A DNA stretch of 64,000 nucleotides. It comes from Camelus ferus (lineage: Eukaryota). The notes beneath the pieces are model-generated. The model was given only the letters and a program-made list of their open reading frames with translations. It did not search any database and was not told the origin of the DNA. The stretch is taken from the NCBI RefSeq assembly GCF_009834535.1, contig NC_045697.1, positions 15,130,001-15,194,000 of the forward strand. Reading direction: 5' to 3'. How positions within the stretch are numbered: position 1 is the first letter of the stretch; every line of letters begins with the position of its first letter. The translations under genes were made by a program, and so were the position numbers. Below are positions 1 to 12,255 of the stretch, in pieces.

Positions 1-1639
1 ATTATGAAACCACCGGAGCCGCCAGCACAGGCGACTTTCAGATGAAACTGACAGGACAGCACACATTGGCGCGTCACTACGGAAAACGAAGCAATGTAAC
101 AACAACACGCAACTGCTGCCATTCTCCCAAAATTATAAATTCTTGCTTTGACTCACATAAAGCAAAATATTAAATTAGGCTGAAAACAAAGCCTTGTCTT
201 GGACTTTGTTTCACAATCCTAAATTCAGTTCTGACTAGTGGAAGGAAAATAATGCCTCAGAATCCTCGGTGCCTTTTCAGTGTCCTTGGGTGTGCTCTGA
301 GGATTCATTTCCAAACAGCAGTCTGAGGACGATCACACTGCACACACTCCCCGGGAACTTGCTGCCACGCCCCCTTCTCATCAGAGCAGCACGATTACAT
401 ATGCAGGATCCTGGCACGGTGGTGCAGAGCAAAGTAACACAGGGCTGTGACCTTCTCCAGGAAAATCAGTCAGGGAACAAATGCGTGGCAATGGGTGACA
501 CTAACTACGTGCTGTAACCGAAAACCACCTAATGCAGTTTTCATGTTACACGCTCTCCAGCATAGTAAATGCACTATTAAACTCTCACTGCGGTAGTCAC
601 ACTAAAAGCCTTTTAAAGGCAGGATGCAAATTCATATTCGGAGCTGTCCATAGCTGACCCTCTGCTCCATGTAAAACCTCACAGCCAATGTGGCAGGAGT
701 TGGGGGGCTGTGAGGTGAGCCCTGAACCAAGGTGAGCCCTGGACCGAGAATCAAGCAGGCATTCTGCATCTCTCCAAGCCCAAAGTTGAGCAAGTTGCTT
801 CAGGTCTCAGTTGCCTCTTCTGAAAAATGATGGCACTGGATTAAGTAACCCTTGCCTTCTTTTCCAATCCAATCCAATTAATTAATTAATTAATTAACAA
901 ATGTCTACACAAGAAGCTCTCTCTATATATATATTTGAGGTTATACTTTATTTTAATTTATTTTTTAAATATGTTTTTAAATAGCCACACAATGTTCCAT
1001 AACACGGATGTAATTCAGTCTATTCCCCATACTCCTACTGGCAGATATTCAAGATTTTTCAGTTGTCCTGCTACCACAAATAGTACTACAATAAATAACC
1101 TTATAAACACATCCTTATGATCTGATATTGAGCTTTTATTGCTGTAAGATTGTGTCATTTACTTAGACACATGCCCACGACATATTGTTATGTGAGAAAA
1201 CAAGTTACAAAGACATGCATATGTATATGGTATGACCCTATTTTTGTGAAATAAAACTACATTCTCTATGTATGTGTGTCTCATTTGCAAAGAATGGTGA
1301 CCTATTTCATCGGAAGGAGGGCACAGATAACATAAGAAAAAAGGAGACTGCCACAAAATAAATGCTCTTGTGATATAGTGCTAACATCTAGAATATACAG
1401 CTATAAAATGTATGAAAATATGAAATATTTTAATATACATCTATGAGAAAGATATATAGGTTAGAAGAAAACATTCATTTCATTAAGTGATGGGAAATGT
1501 AGGCAGTTTTTTTTACGTGAATCCCTTCTGCTGTTTTTATATTATTTTTGCAGAAAAGTAACATATAGACAAAAAGGAAGATAATGAGTCTGTGATATGA
1601 ACTCCCTTTAGACGTTCTAGACTTGCAAAATACCAATAA

Positions 1640-1870
1640 TATGTATTTACTGAACATTCTTTATGGGCAGGGCACCATGGTGAACAATTTTGTTGGGTTA
1701 TCCAATCTTCACAAGAAATTTTGAGGTAGGTCTTCTTATTCCCCCCACAAAAGGATGGGTGAATGAAGGATAAGAAAGAATAACTGACTCTCCTAAATTT
1801 CCTGTGATATTAAGTATCATATCCTGAATATGTTCCACAATTTGCCTGATGCCCAAATCCATGCTCTGAA
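1640..1870 (-). mobile_element. MIR SINE, degenerate
   Basis: Starts tatttactgaacattctttatgggcagggcaccatg and continues gaggtaggt...ttattcccc, resembling the reverse complement of the MIR consensus. Confidence 0.6.
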
Positions 1871-2794
1871 GCATTATGGAACGTCATAGCCCACGTCTCT
1901 GCTTCCCATGGACTTCGGAAAACCCACGTAAGTCACCCCTTTGGGTCAGAGCATTGAATTCCACCCCACTTTTCTACCATGGGAGCCATTAAAACCATAA
2001 CAGATAAACCCTAAGTTTGAGAAGCACTCAAAGCAAAAGGAAATATAATTGCTTATAAAAATAATACATATTATTGAACAATACCATCTTTACCATTCTG
2101 AAAATTTTTGATGGAAAAATAATTTCATAGAGGGACCTAGATACCATATTTAACTTAAGGAATTTTATAATATAGAGTTTAGCAAACTGAGCAGGATTTA
2201 TTTTCAACTGAGGTGAAAATAATATTATCACGCTTATAGAATAATAACTCCTGTGTGTAAGTGGAACAGGTTTGGGGGAAACACCTATTCTTCCCAATCT
2301 TTCATCAGTCTGAGAAGCATGTTCTCAATGTTTTCATAATTTTGCCTTTAGCAAAGAACTGTTTCTCTCATAAGCGTCTGGGCACATTTTGAAGATTTAC
2401 CCACAGTCTATGAGTGCAGATGGATTTTTTTAACACAATATTGATTGCTGAGAATTTTCTTGTGTAGCCTCCTCCCCAGATAAACTCTCTCCACACCCTT
2501 CTTCAGAGATAAGCCTAGAATCTCCATTTTATTTTCCTGCTGAAACATAGATTCATTTCCATAAGCGTTTGCCCTCACACACATAGTGTAGACGGTGCCA
2601 TGGACTGCTGCTGCTGTGTGAGACTTAAGGGCTTTTTTTTTTTTCCATTTAAAGACCTGAAAAAATCTGGCCATAGCAGCAATCAGCCAACTTAGTCTTC
2701 ATTCTCCTCTTCTTTTATTTCTTAGTATTCTTATTCAGAAGATAAGGTCACCTGGGCATTCACTTTATCATTGGACACCTTGGAAAGAACGAGA

Positions 2795-3015
2795 ACCAAG
2801 GACTTGGGCCATCTGAGCTTCTTTGACCAGCTCCTGACTTACTGTCCATGATTTTGGCCAGATCATTAAAAAAATGTCTATGCTTCATTTTAATCATGTG
2901 TAAGGAAAATAATGATGCCTAGTAGACCTACCCAATAAAATCCTCATGAGAATTAAATGACATAATGTATATAAAACACACTGGAAAATATCTGGTGGAC
3001 AGGAGGTAGCTCATC
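2795..3015 (+). mobile_element. MIR SINE, degenerate
   Basis: MIR core-like text: ttttggccagatcattaa...gcttcattttaatcatgtgtaa...gagaattaaatgacataatgtatataaa. Confidence 0.6.
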
Positions 3016-3835
3016 AGTGGAAGTTGCTGCTGCTACTGGTCTTACTAGATCCAGAATTGAGAAGGAAATCTTTTAAAGCAAATATCAAACAGAGTCGGGG
3101 GAAGCATCTGAAATCCCTCTACATACCTTAGGAGCATCTTCTTAAATACTGTTGTGATTATTTGGACAATAGGAGTTAGTACCATTTTATAAGCAATACG
3201 GGAATATATCTGCATCCTTTCTTTCATCATGTAAACATTGGCTGTGTAGTCATGGGAAAAACTTACCAAAATAATTGTACCTCACACTCCAAGAGCATGG
3301 ACAGATCCACGGATGGGCTTCAAAAGATTATAAAAGGAAAATGGTATGAGTATGTATACATTTTTGACAAAAGAGTTCAGAGCTTCCACTGAATGCTAGA
3401 AAGTTTCTACCAGTTTAGAAATAAGATGTGATTCTACACTAGATATATTGGGGTAAATAATTTATCTCATCAGAATCTTCCCTCTAGAAATCTGAGGAAT
3501 ATAACAAATTATGCTCTAAAAAAATATTCTAGTGCCATGTTTAGTCATCTTTTTGATATGACTGTCCCCTTTGATAACTGTCTGAAAATTATAAGCTTTC
3601 TCTTGAGATTAATGAGTCACTGAGTCATTTTGTAGTCAAAATGACTGTACCTTCAATGGTTCCTAGTGGAAATCTCTCACTCACAGAGGCTAAAAATGGT
3701 CCCTTCTTCCTTTCTGGGTATACTGACTACTTTACCATCTCCCCTGGTATTCATTCATCTGCCCCCCACCTCCCTCGTCTTTGTGAGAGGAACATAACAA
3801 TGAGCCTTCTTTACCACTGGCAATCTTGGGCATGG

Positions 3836-4025
3836 ATAGGGAAGGAAAGAGAGAACAAGAAAAGGAAGGAAGGAAGATGGGACAGAGATAACAGGGTCAT
3901 ATGCAAGGATGGAGAAGAAAGAGGGAGGAGAGAAGGAGAAAAAGAGGTAGGAGGGAAGCAAAAAAGGGGGTTGGAGGGGGGAGGGGAGGAAAGGAGAGGG
4001 CGAGAGAAAGAAACGGAAGAGAGAT
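3836..4025. repeat. GA-rich polypurine low-complexity tract
   Basis: Almost entirely G/A for about 190 bp; it explains the spurious ORFs at 3641-4104. Confidence 0.9.
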
Positions 4026-5613
4026 TATGACTTGGTAGCTTCGGGCATGTTACTGCGTAGGTTTCTAAGACACCTCTCCCAAACCCCTCAACTTCATTAA
4101 CCACTCAGCACATTTTCTCTGAGATAAAGGAGCAGCATTTGAGGACTTTCTGATCCATAGCTTTTTAAATTACCTATGAGTGACATTTTAAAATTACCTA
4201 TGATTGATATAGCATCTTTTAGTCATCTTCCTTTTCAAAGTATTATATTTTATAGTATCAGGTTACTACACACCGATGTATGCTTCTTCATCTACTGCCA
4301 AACTATTTATTTGTTGCAGAATGAATGAGAGGACAGCATTCTCCTCAGTGAATGGAACAAAATCCCTTCTACTCCATTTTTGCTCCTTTGCCTTGTTTAG
4401 ATGGTGTACTGTCGCCATTTCTGCTACAAGATAAATTATTTTCAATTCAGTTTAACAAAAGTGAATTGGATCTTATGGCTTTCTGTGTATCAAGCCCAAA
4501 AAGGAGATGAATTGTATCTGCTCTAGAAACTGGATAGGACTACAAATGTCGGGGGTGAGCTGCATCAGTCAAAAAAGTACTAACTGGGAAAAGTTATTTT
4601 ATAAAAATTAATCTCCTTTCCTCTTAAAAAGATCTACAGTTTTCATAATATGGCTTTTAATATTTTCTTTGTGTTCTGGTGCCATCATGGCAAAATATTT
4701 CCCTTGACTCTTACATTATTCATTCACTTATTCATTCAAACATTTATTAAGGAAGGAACTGTAAAATCAGGTTACTTTGATATAATTCTGATTTTTTTAA
4801 GATCAGCATTAAAGTGGAGACACCTGGGATCTATCTAAGGTGTCTGGATCTATCTAAGGTATCTAAGGAGGGACTTAGTGTGCAAAATTTATTAATATAG
4901 CCATGTGAAACCTCTTTTATAATGAGCTCAAATTTTATGGGGAGCAGCTAAGGCTAAGAATAAACCACATCATTGTTGGTCAGCTCTGAGGTTCAGACAG
5001 CTGTCTAGGGTACCCCAACTCTACTAGCCAGATAGTTCAGTCTACATATGAGGGCAATATGGAATGGTCTTGAGGTTCTGATGAAAGGCAGAAACTTCTG
5101 ATTTCTTGAAATCCTATACTAAGGAGTCATTATTAGGTAAATTTAAGGAACTTAATTATAAGATGTTCTGCTAGACATGCTTATCCCATCAAGAGAGCCA
5201 GCTGGAATCACATCCTCCATCTTCTAGTCTGATTAGCCCATTCAACTTTCCTGACCTCCAAGGCTGGTCCTGACTCATCCCTGCCTCCTGAGATGACTTG
5301 CTGATAGGAGTAAAGGGCGGTGAGCAGGTACCGCCGTCACTCAGTTACTACAGCCATTCCTCCTTCGTGGGTAACTGACTGTTAAGAGCTCAGAACAAGT
5401 AAGTGTACGAATATCTTCTAAGAAATCCCTTCTCTCCAAACCCCAGTAACGGTGGTGAAGCAAGGTTTTGTGCTGGGCCAATTTGCCTACTGTCCCTCCA
5501 AAGGTAAAACTACCACGCAGGAGTTACTTAGTTTCTATCACCCTGTATTTCTAACGCCATCAAAGGAAGCCTGCTGATCCCACGTTCTTCTCTTATACTC
5601 AGTTTTCCTGAGC

Positions 5614-5830
5614 CAGTGTTTCTCAACATTGACCTTGTTTTGGGTCAGATAATTTTTGTTGGGGACTTCGCTGTGCACTGTAGGCTACTGAGCAGAATCT
5701 CTGATCTCTACCTGCTAAATGTCAGAAATACTCCCCCAGCTGTGACAAGCAAAAGTATCTCCAGATATTTCCTAATGTCTCCTAGAAGAAACATCACTAC
5801 CCACCCCCTGTCCTGCATTGAGGACCAGTG
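5614..5830 (-). mobile_element. MER20-like hAT-Charlie MITE
   Basis: Termini cagtgtttctcaac...ttgaggaccagtg; internal ttttgggtcagataattttt...gtgcactgtagg...cccccagctgtgacaa matches the reverse complement of MER20. Confidence 0.85.
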
Positions 5831-8382
5831 TTTTATGACTATGACTTGATAAATGAAATCTCTGTGGATTCCCCTAGTGACTCAGATTTTACGTATAATT
5901 TTGACAAAATTAATTACATAATCATAACTTACTACCCGTTAACTAAATAGCTCCTGAGTTCTAATAGGTTATAAGTAGTAAGTTAAATATTCTGAGCCCT
6001 GTGTGGCCCTCTAGAAAACCTGAGTATTTTTCTTTGCAAGAATTAAGGTATGTCAGAACTCTTTTCCCAATGGAAAACCCATCTTGCAAGTTTTGGGGCG
6101 CCTACATTCTATCAGAAGCCTAAGACTGGGACAAAGAGGCAGCCGCCAATAGTCCCTAATTTTACCTTTGCTTATTTTTATGACTGGGTTGAGATGATTA
6201 GAAAGTACATATTAACACATTAACCTAAATCTTTACTTCCTTTGTTTTTTGACTTCGAGACCCTTGATCACTGTTCACTTACACCAGTCCCCTATTTCTG
6301 CTTAAAATTCCTTCTGTAATACAGTTCCCACTTCAAGTTCTGTTTTATATTCTGAATCTATGATTATCAGTTTGCTTCTTTGTCTTGTAATGTAGCGCCA
6401 ACATTACTTGGGATCAATTCGAGTTGTCTCCTAGTCCTGGCATCTTCTTGCCTTTTTGTCCTGAATCTGCCCATATTGCAACATGACAGAGGGAACATAA
6501 AGAAGTAAGACACAGCAGTTTACCAGTGGCGCAAAAAGAAAAAAAAAAAATCTATAAAAGTCAAGCACACATTCACAGAAATACCCCTGCAGACTTCATA
6601 ACTTTTGAAAATGCCGCATCATCACACTAGAATATGAACAGAGTATTTGCAGTAATGACTTTGAGCCTTCAGGAAAGGAGCAGGGATGCTCTACTTGAGA
6701 AGAGAGGAGAGTAGGTACTGTGGAAAGAGTAAGGTACTGTGGAAAGAAAGAGTTCCATCTCCTCTGGCTAACAGAGAAGTTCTAACACTTGAAGGGAGCT
6801 TCAGTTATCTGGAAAATACACTTCCTTAAAACATCATCTTCCCTAAACAGTGCATTTATTAATTTATTTATATTTATATCTATTAGACTGAATCATATAA
6901 AACTACTGTTTTTAAAGGCAAATACTGACAATTACATTTTCAACCCAGGTAATACTAAGAAGTTCCTACACAAGAAAATACTTAATACAAACCAGGAGGG
7001 CTCCCCTTCCAAAGCAAGCACATTCAAAATTTCGTTTAAAAAGTTATTTCTACTTGGCTAATATTTGAAGTTTTTCCTTCAAACACAGATATCCTTATGA
7101 TCACAGGAACCCAAGAGCATTAACTCTGAATGATAAACTGAAACAGTGTGAGGAATCACTCTAAAGGCAAGACTATATAACCAAGGGATAAATAAAATTA
7201 TGTGGTTATTTTAATGAGCAAACCTATTTGCAAGGAACCCCTCCTGGATCTTCTGCTTCGCCAAGGTGAGTGAATTTTAATTTTAGATGTCAGAATCTGC
7301 ATTTTTCAGGCTCTCATCTCTTGGAGCATAATCAGTGCTGAGCGTTGCGTTTATTTTCAAGATGACAGCGCTCAGAGGCAAGAACTGAACAAGCAAAACA
7401 TGCCAAAGACACATATTAAGTTTTGCAATTGCTACCCTGAAAGGGATCAATAAAGAAGTAATTTTTTTGGTAGTGAAAGCCCCATCATTACTGATTATAC
7501 CTAATGTTGGAAATCAATAAGAGATATACATCTTCAATACATGAGCTAGAATGTAAGAGGGGAAGTCAGAGAGGAGAAGGAAAGGAGACAGAGGGAAACC
7601 TAATTATACTGGATACCCAGGAACTCTGAAATGAACTCCATTCATCTCAGAGGAACGTAAAGAAATATAAGGGAGTCCATTTAAATTTATTATCTGCCTG
7701 CAGCTGCTTCAGCTGCTGTTAAAAGATGCTCCATATAGAACCTATACATTCTCCTTGTAGGAACCTGGAGCGATGGTGCTGAGAATGGATGTATAAAAAT
7801 GGGAAAATATGGTCCTTCCTCAGGGCCAAGTTCTGTGTTACCAGCTCAATGGAGCTAGTAGAGCAAAAGTTCAACAAACATTTGTTGAATAAATCAATGA
7901 ATGTGACTTTTCCTAAGCCATCTAGAAATCCATGTTCCAATAGAAGATAGCACTGGACCGTGACCTCCTATGTGCACTGGAGAAAGGAAACTTACGTGAC
8001 AGGTAAAAGGAGAAACAATAGTGGGAGGACCAGCTACTTGATACCTTTTCTGCATCTGTTCACCAACTTATCCACCAACCGGTGATCCTGTGATGAGAGT
8101 CCCCTTCTAATCTTCGGGGCTCTGTTTAAATCGGGCTCCATCTTTTATGCTCAAGAAACGTGCCTTAGATCAGCTACTTTAAATAGCTCATGTTCTCCAT
8201 AGTAAGTACAGTATATATTTCCCCAGTGTCTCCGTGTAGAATATAAGTAGAATAAAATGATTAAGAGAACAAAAGATAATATTCAAACTTCCAAAGACAA
8301 GTAGAGCCTCACAGCTAAAAGATGTCAAGAAAATTTAAACCAGACTCCACTGTCTTGATTTTCATATCCAAACACTGGAATG

Positions 8383-8490
8383 TTCCTTCCTTCCTTCTTT
8401 CCTTTCTTCCTTCCTTCCTTCTTTCTTTCTTTTCTTCCTTCTCCTTCCTTCTTTCTCTCTCCCTCTCTCTTTTTTTTTCTTTTGTTTTTC
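8383..8490. repeat. (TTCC/TTTC)n polypyrimidine microsatellite
   Basis: Directly visible in the sequence. Confidence 0.9.
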
Positions 8491-8982
8491 ATTTTAGCTT
8501 GCAGAATCTTTCCACGATTATCAAAGTGCTCTCACAGATTTAAATGACCATGCTTCACAGTAAAAGGGAATGATTCAAACTGTTATGTAACTTTAGAACC
8601 TAAATTCAATGTTTTGTTAAACTGTTCAGTGAGCTAACTCCAACGTTTATGTACAAAATAATTTTTCAATGAAGGTAGCATAGTATAATGATTTACAGTA
8701 TAGATGCCTGGGTTCGCATCTTATCTCTGCTTTTACTGGCTGTGTATCATTGGCCAAGTTACTTACCTTCTCTGCATCAACAGATTATGTATTATTATTT
8801 CTGCATTTGGGGGATCTGTGATAATTTATATTTTCTTTTTTGTGTTTTTCCATGTTTTCTAAGATTCCAACAATGAACACATTTTCAAAAAGAAACTAAG
8901 TATTGACAAGGCCTCAAGTAAAAAGGAAGCTTTAGATTAGGCATTGCCTTTAGTGACAGACTTTACAAAGTTCAGTGTCAGC

Positions 8983-9095
8983 TACATTCATATATGACTG
9001 AAAAATTGTGCTGTACACCAGAAATTGACACAACATTGTAAACTGACTATAACTCAATTAAAAAAAAAAGAAATGTAATTTAAAAAAAAAAAAAA
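8983..9095 (+). mobile_element. L1 extreme 3' end with A-tail, cetartiodactyl type
   Basis: gctgtacaccagaaattgacacaacattgtaaactgactataactcaattaaaaaaaa, also seen at about 15475 and 52145. Confidence 0.85.
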
Positions 9096-9105
9096 CCAGT
9101 TTACA

Positions 9106-9230
9106 GGGAGAGGGTATAGCTCAAGTGGTAGAAACTGTGCTCAGCATGCATGAGGTCCTGGGTTCAATCCCCAGTACCTCCTCTAAAAATAAACAAACCT
9201 AATTACCCCCCCCAACAACAACAACAACAA
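9106..9230 (+). mobile_element. tRNA-derived SINE, camelid vic-1 type
   Basis: Pol III A box (tagctcaagtggtag) and B box (ggttcaatcc), then aaataaacaaacctaattacccccc and a (CAA)n tail; approximate TSD cagttt(a/g)ca. Confidence 0.88.
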
Positions 9231-10355
9231 AACAGTTTGCATATTTTAATCAGTTAAAAAAAAGTATAAACAAGCCACTTAGATTTTGCAAACAAGAAAT
9301 GTCATGGGGCAAGTATACAGCAGAGTTGAAGTTCTTCATCAACTAACAAAAATATCATAAAAATTCACCCACCCTCTCATTATCAAACACTTTTCGTTTT
9401 CATCATTATGATGTGGAGCTCTGGCCTTCATATATCACTCGAATACATCCAATAACACTTTTTCTCTTAGACTGATAAAGCGTGGTTGTAAACTCAGCAC
9501 TATTATTTACATGGTCTACACGATTCTTTCCTTCTTCCATAATAATAAACCAACATAAAGTCATACACATGACCATATTAAAGTTAATTTCCTCCGAATT
9601 ACAATCATATTCATAAGACACGACTTTGCATTTAGACAGTCCTTATCTTTTCAGATGCTCCAGGCACTGCCCGTGTGTTTTATTTATGCGAGTACAACAC
9701 AGGTGTGGAGAGAGGCAGATTATTTTATTCCAAAGGTATCCATTTTCTGATCTGCACTTAAAACCTTAGAGTTCTTAAGATCGTAAATGTCATATCCAAA
9801 TTACTATTCCACTGAGCTCATTATTCAGTTTTTCACCAGTAAAAACAAGAGGTATTTTATGAAAAACCATTCACTTATTCCTTCTACAGCTAGGCGCTGG
9901 AAAAGCTGTAAAAATGAATCTAAGCCAGCTCTGAATTTTTGGCTCTCATTGCCCAGTTGAGAAAAGAGATGTGAAAACCACCCCAGTGTATCACAGGGTG
10001 ATTATCTCCAAGTCTGGGGCATGGGAGGTCGGGGGAGGCGAGGAGGGAACATAAGTTCAGGTCAGGCTTTATTAAAAGGAGTTTGCACTGAAGTTCAGGA
10101 AATGAGGAGGATTTTGCAAGTGGCTAGAAAACAAGGAAACCCCACATTCTGAGGCGAGAAAAAGCAGCGCCTCAACAAAGAGACACAAATGTGCCTGCAA
10201 AGGGAAGGGGACTGAATGACAAGTGCTCCTTCGATGCCAAAAGTGTTTTTGCTTTTAGTTAATTTATGCAGATTTAATTCCAGACACTTATGTGGGCAAC
10301 CACATAAATTTTCAATTGAGAATAGAGAAATCACAAGTCAGCTCAAATTACAGTT

Positions 10356-10481
10356 GAGGGAACAGGATAGCTTAGTGGTAGAGCGCTTGCCTAGTGTGCA
10401 CAAGGTCCTGGGTTCAATCCCCATTAAAGGTAAATAAACAAATAAATAAATACCTAATCCCCACCAACAACAAAAAGCAAA
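10356..10481 (+). mobile_element. tRNA-derived SINE, camelid vic-1 type
   Basis: tagcttagtggtagagcgcttgcctag...gtcctgggttcaatcccc; TSD agctcaaatta at 10340-10350 and 10482-10492. Confidence 0.88.
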
Positions 10482-12074
10482 AGCTCAAATTATAAAAGCA
10501 AATTTGGCAAGATCACATGGCGGCTGCTCTGCTGTTTCCCAACTCTGGAGAGGACGATGGACTTTGGCTTTTCCACCGCTTGCCCCCCACGTTTGTGGCT
10601 CTCTCGCCGCTTGCTCCCCATGTCGCCTGTTGTATCTCAGTGACGCCTCCTGAAAATGTGATATCGTTGCCATTTCACTGTGCGTATTACATTTTGATAT
10701 TTCCACATTCTATGGTAATATTTTTGTGCCACTAATAATTAAACATAATTTTAGTGATTGGAACCACACATACATCTGCAGTCAGTATGTTTAATGTTCA
10801 AGAGACAAGGCCATGTAAGGATTCCCAGTGTTAGTGATATGTAAGAAAAGGGGTGTCTTCAGACAAAAAGCAGCTCCATAAGGATCATTACTACCTAGGT
10901 ATCTATCCATATAAGTATCTACCTACCCACATACCTACCCATTTACCTACTTATTTACTTTATATATATTTCATATAGCAAAGGTAAACAATATAGAAAG
11001 ATCTAACAAGTCATTTGCTGCCTTAGTCCTCAATCCCATTTATTTTCCAGGGGACATGACTTCACATAGATGGTGTAAGTTCCTCAGGATCCACTTACTA
11101 AAAAACAAACAACAATGAAAATGTTTTTTCCACATTGCTGAAATTCATCCATTTCTCAAATTCCTAAACTCCTCAGGCAGGGCCCACAGGACCCAAATTA
11201 GGGAACAAGAGTTGCTGGAGAAGGTCATGCTAATGATCACTGCTGCCTCTCCTTTTCTGTGTAGTAATCTCACTTCCAACAAGGTTTCAAGTCCATGGCT
11301 CGTTAAATCAGGTGGGAGGTTTTTACCCGGTAAATTTATGCATCATCTCTTTCGAGTAATTCACAACCCACCTGAAATGCTGTAGAGAAGAAGTGTGGAG
11401 GTTGGTATAGCTAATGGAGAAGCAGTGTATTGGGAAATGGAGAAGACAAGGTTTAAAAAAACAAAGAACTCACAACATATAGAAAGTTTAGTGTCCTATA
11501 TCTCAATCATACATAGAGAATTTACACATATCAACTATTGGCCACACACAATCTACTCTCTAAGGTAAGTGCAGGGTTTTCTTCCTAACCTTTCTATCAA
11601 CTTTGATGTAACAGACTCCCCAGGGAAATTACTGGGGTGTGGTCCTTTTGATATAAATGAGTCTGGACTATGAAAAACTCACAGTTTCCCCTGAGTTTAC
11701 TTTTTTAAGACCTTTTCTCTGTGGTAGTGTTAAGGCCTCAATGTGCTGGGACAGCATTATGATCTTTAGGAAAAGAGCCAAGGGTATCGTTCAACAAGTT
11801 TTACAGGCAGGTCTAACACTGGAAGGGCCAGAATAATGATGCAACTTCACACAGGATCTAGGGCAGATCATTAGGGTGAGTGCCTTACGCGTTGGAGAGA
11901 AGACTCAAAGGAGGTCCTACATAAATGATGGTAAATGGCTTTGAGAATTCAGGATCCATGCATCTCTTCTCTTGGATCAGACACACCTGAACCAACAATC
12001 ACAGAGCCCAGGTAGTAACAGACCTCCATCCTACAAGTGGTTCCTGAGAGACAATGAGATGTAGGAATACGAAA

Positions 12075-12255
12075 ATGGGTTTTGGAATCATGGAAGTCAG
12101 AGTTTGAATTCAGCTTTCCAACTTACTAATTATTTACCCTATGAACATGTTCTTGGCCTTTCTCAGTCTCAGGATCACCCAGATAACCCTAAAGTGCTGT
12201 GAAGAGTTATAAATAATGCATGTGAGATCTCTGGTGCATGCTTGACATTCAGTGG
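12075..12255 (+). mobile_element. MIR SINE, degenerate
   Basis: ttttggaatca...gagtttgaattcagctttccaacttactaatt...aaataatgcatgtgag...tgcttgacat. Confidence 0.65.

Noticed and set aside
3127..3241. Minus-strand exon-like stretch (NVYMMKERMQ...)
   Set aside because: Only moderate splice sites and no recognisable protein similarity.
9106..9180. tRNA-like sequence (also 10360-10422)
   Set aside because: It has a SINE tail and TSDs and lacks an intact cloverleaf, so it is a SINE rather than a tRNA gene.
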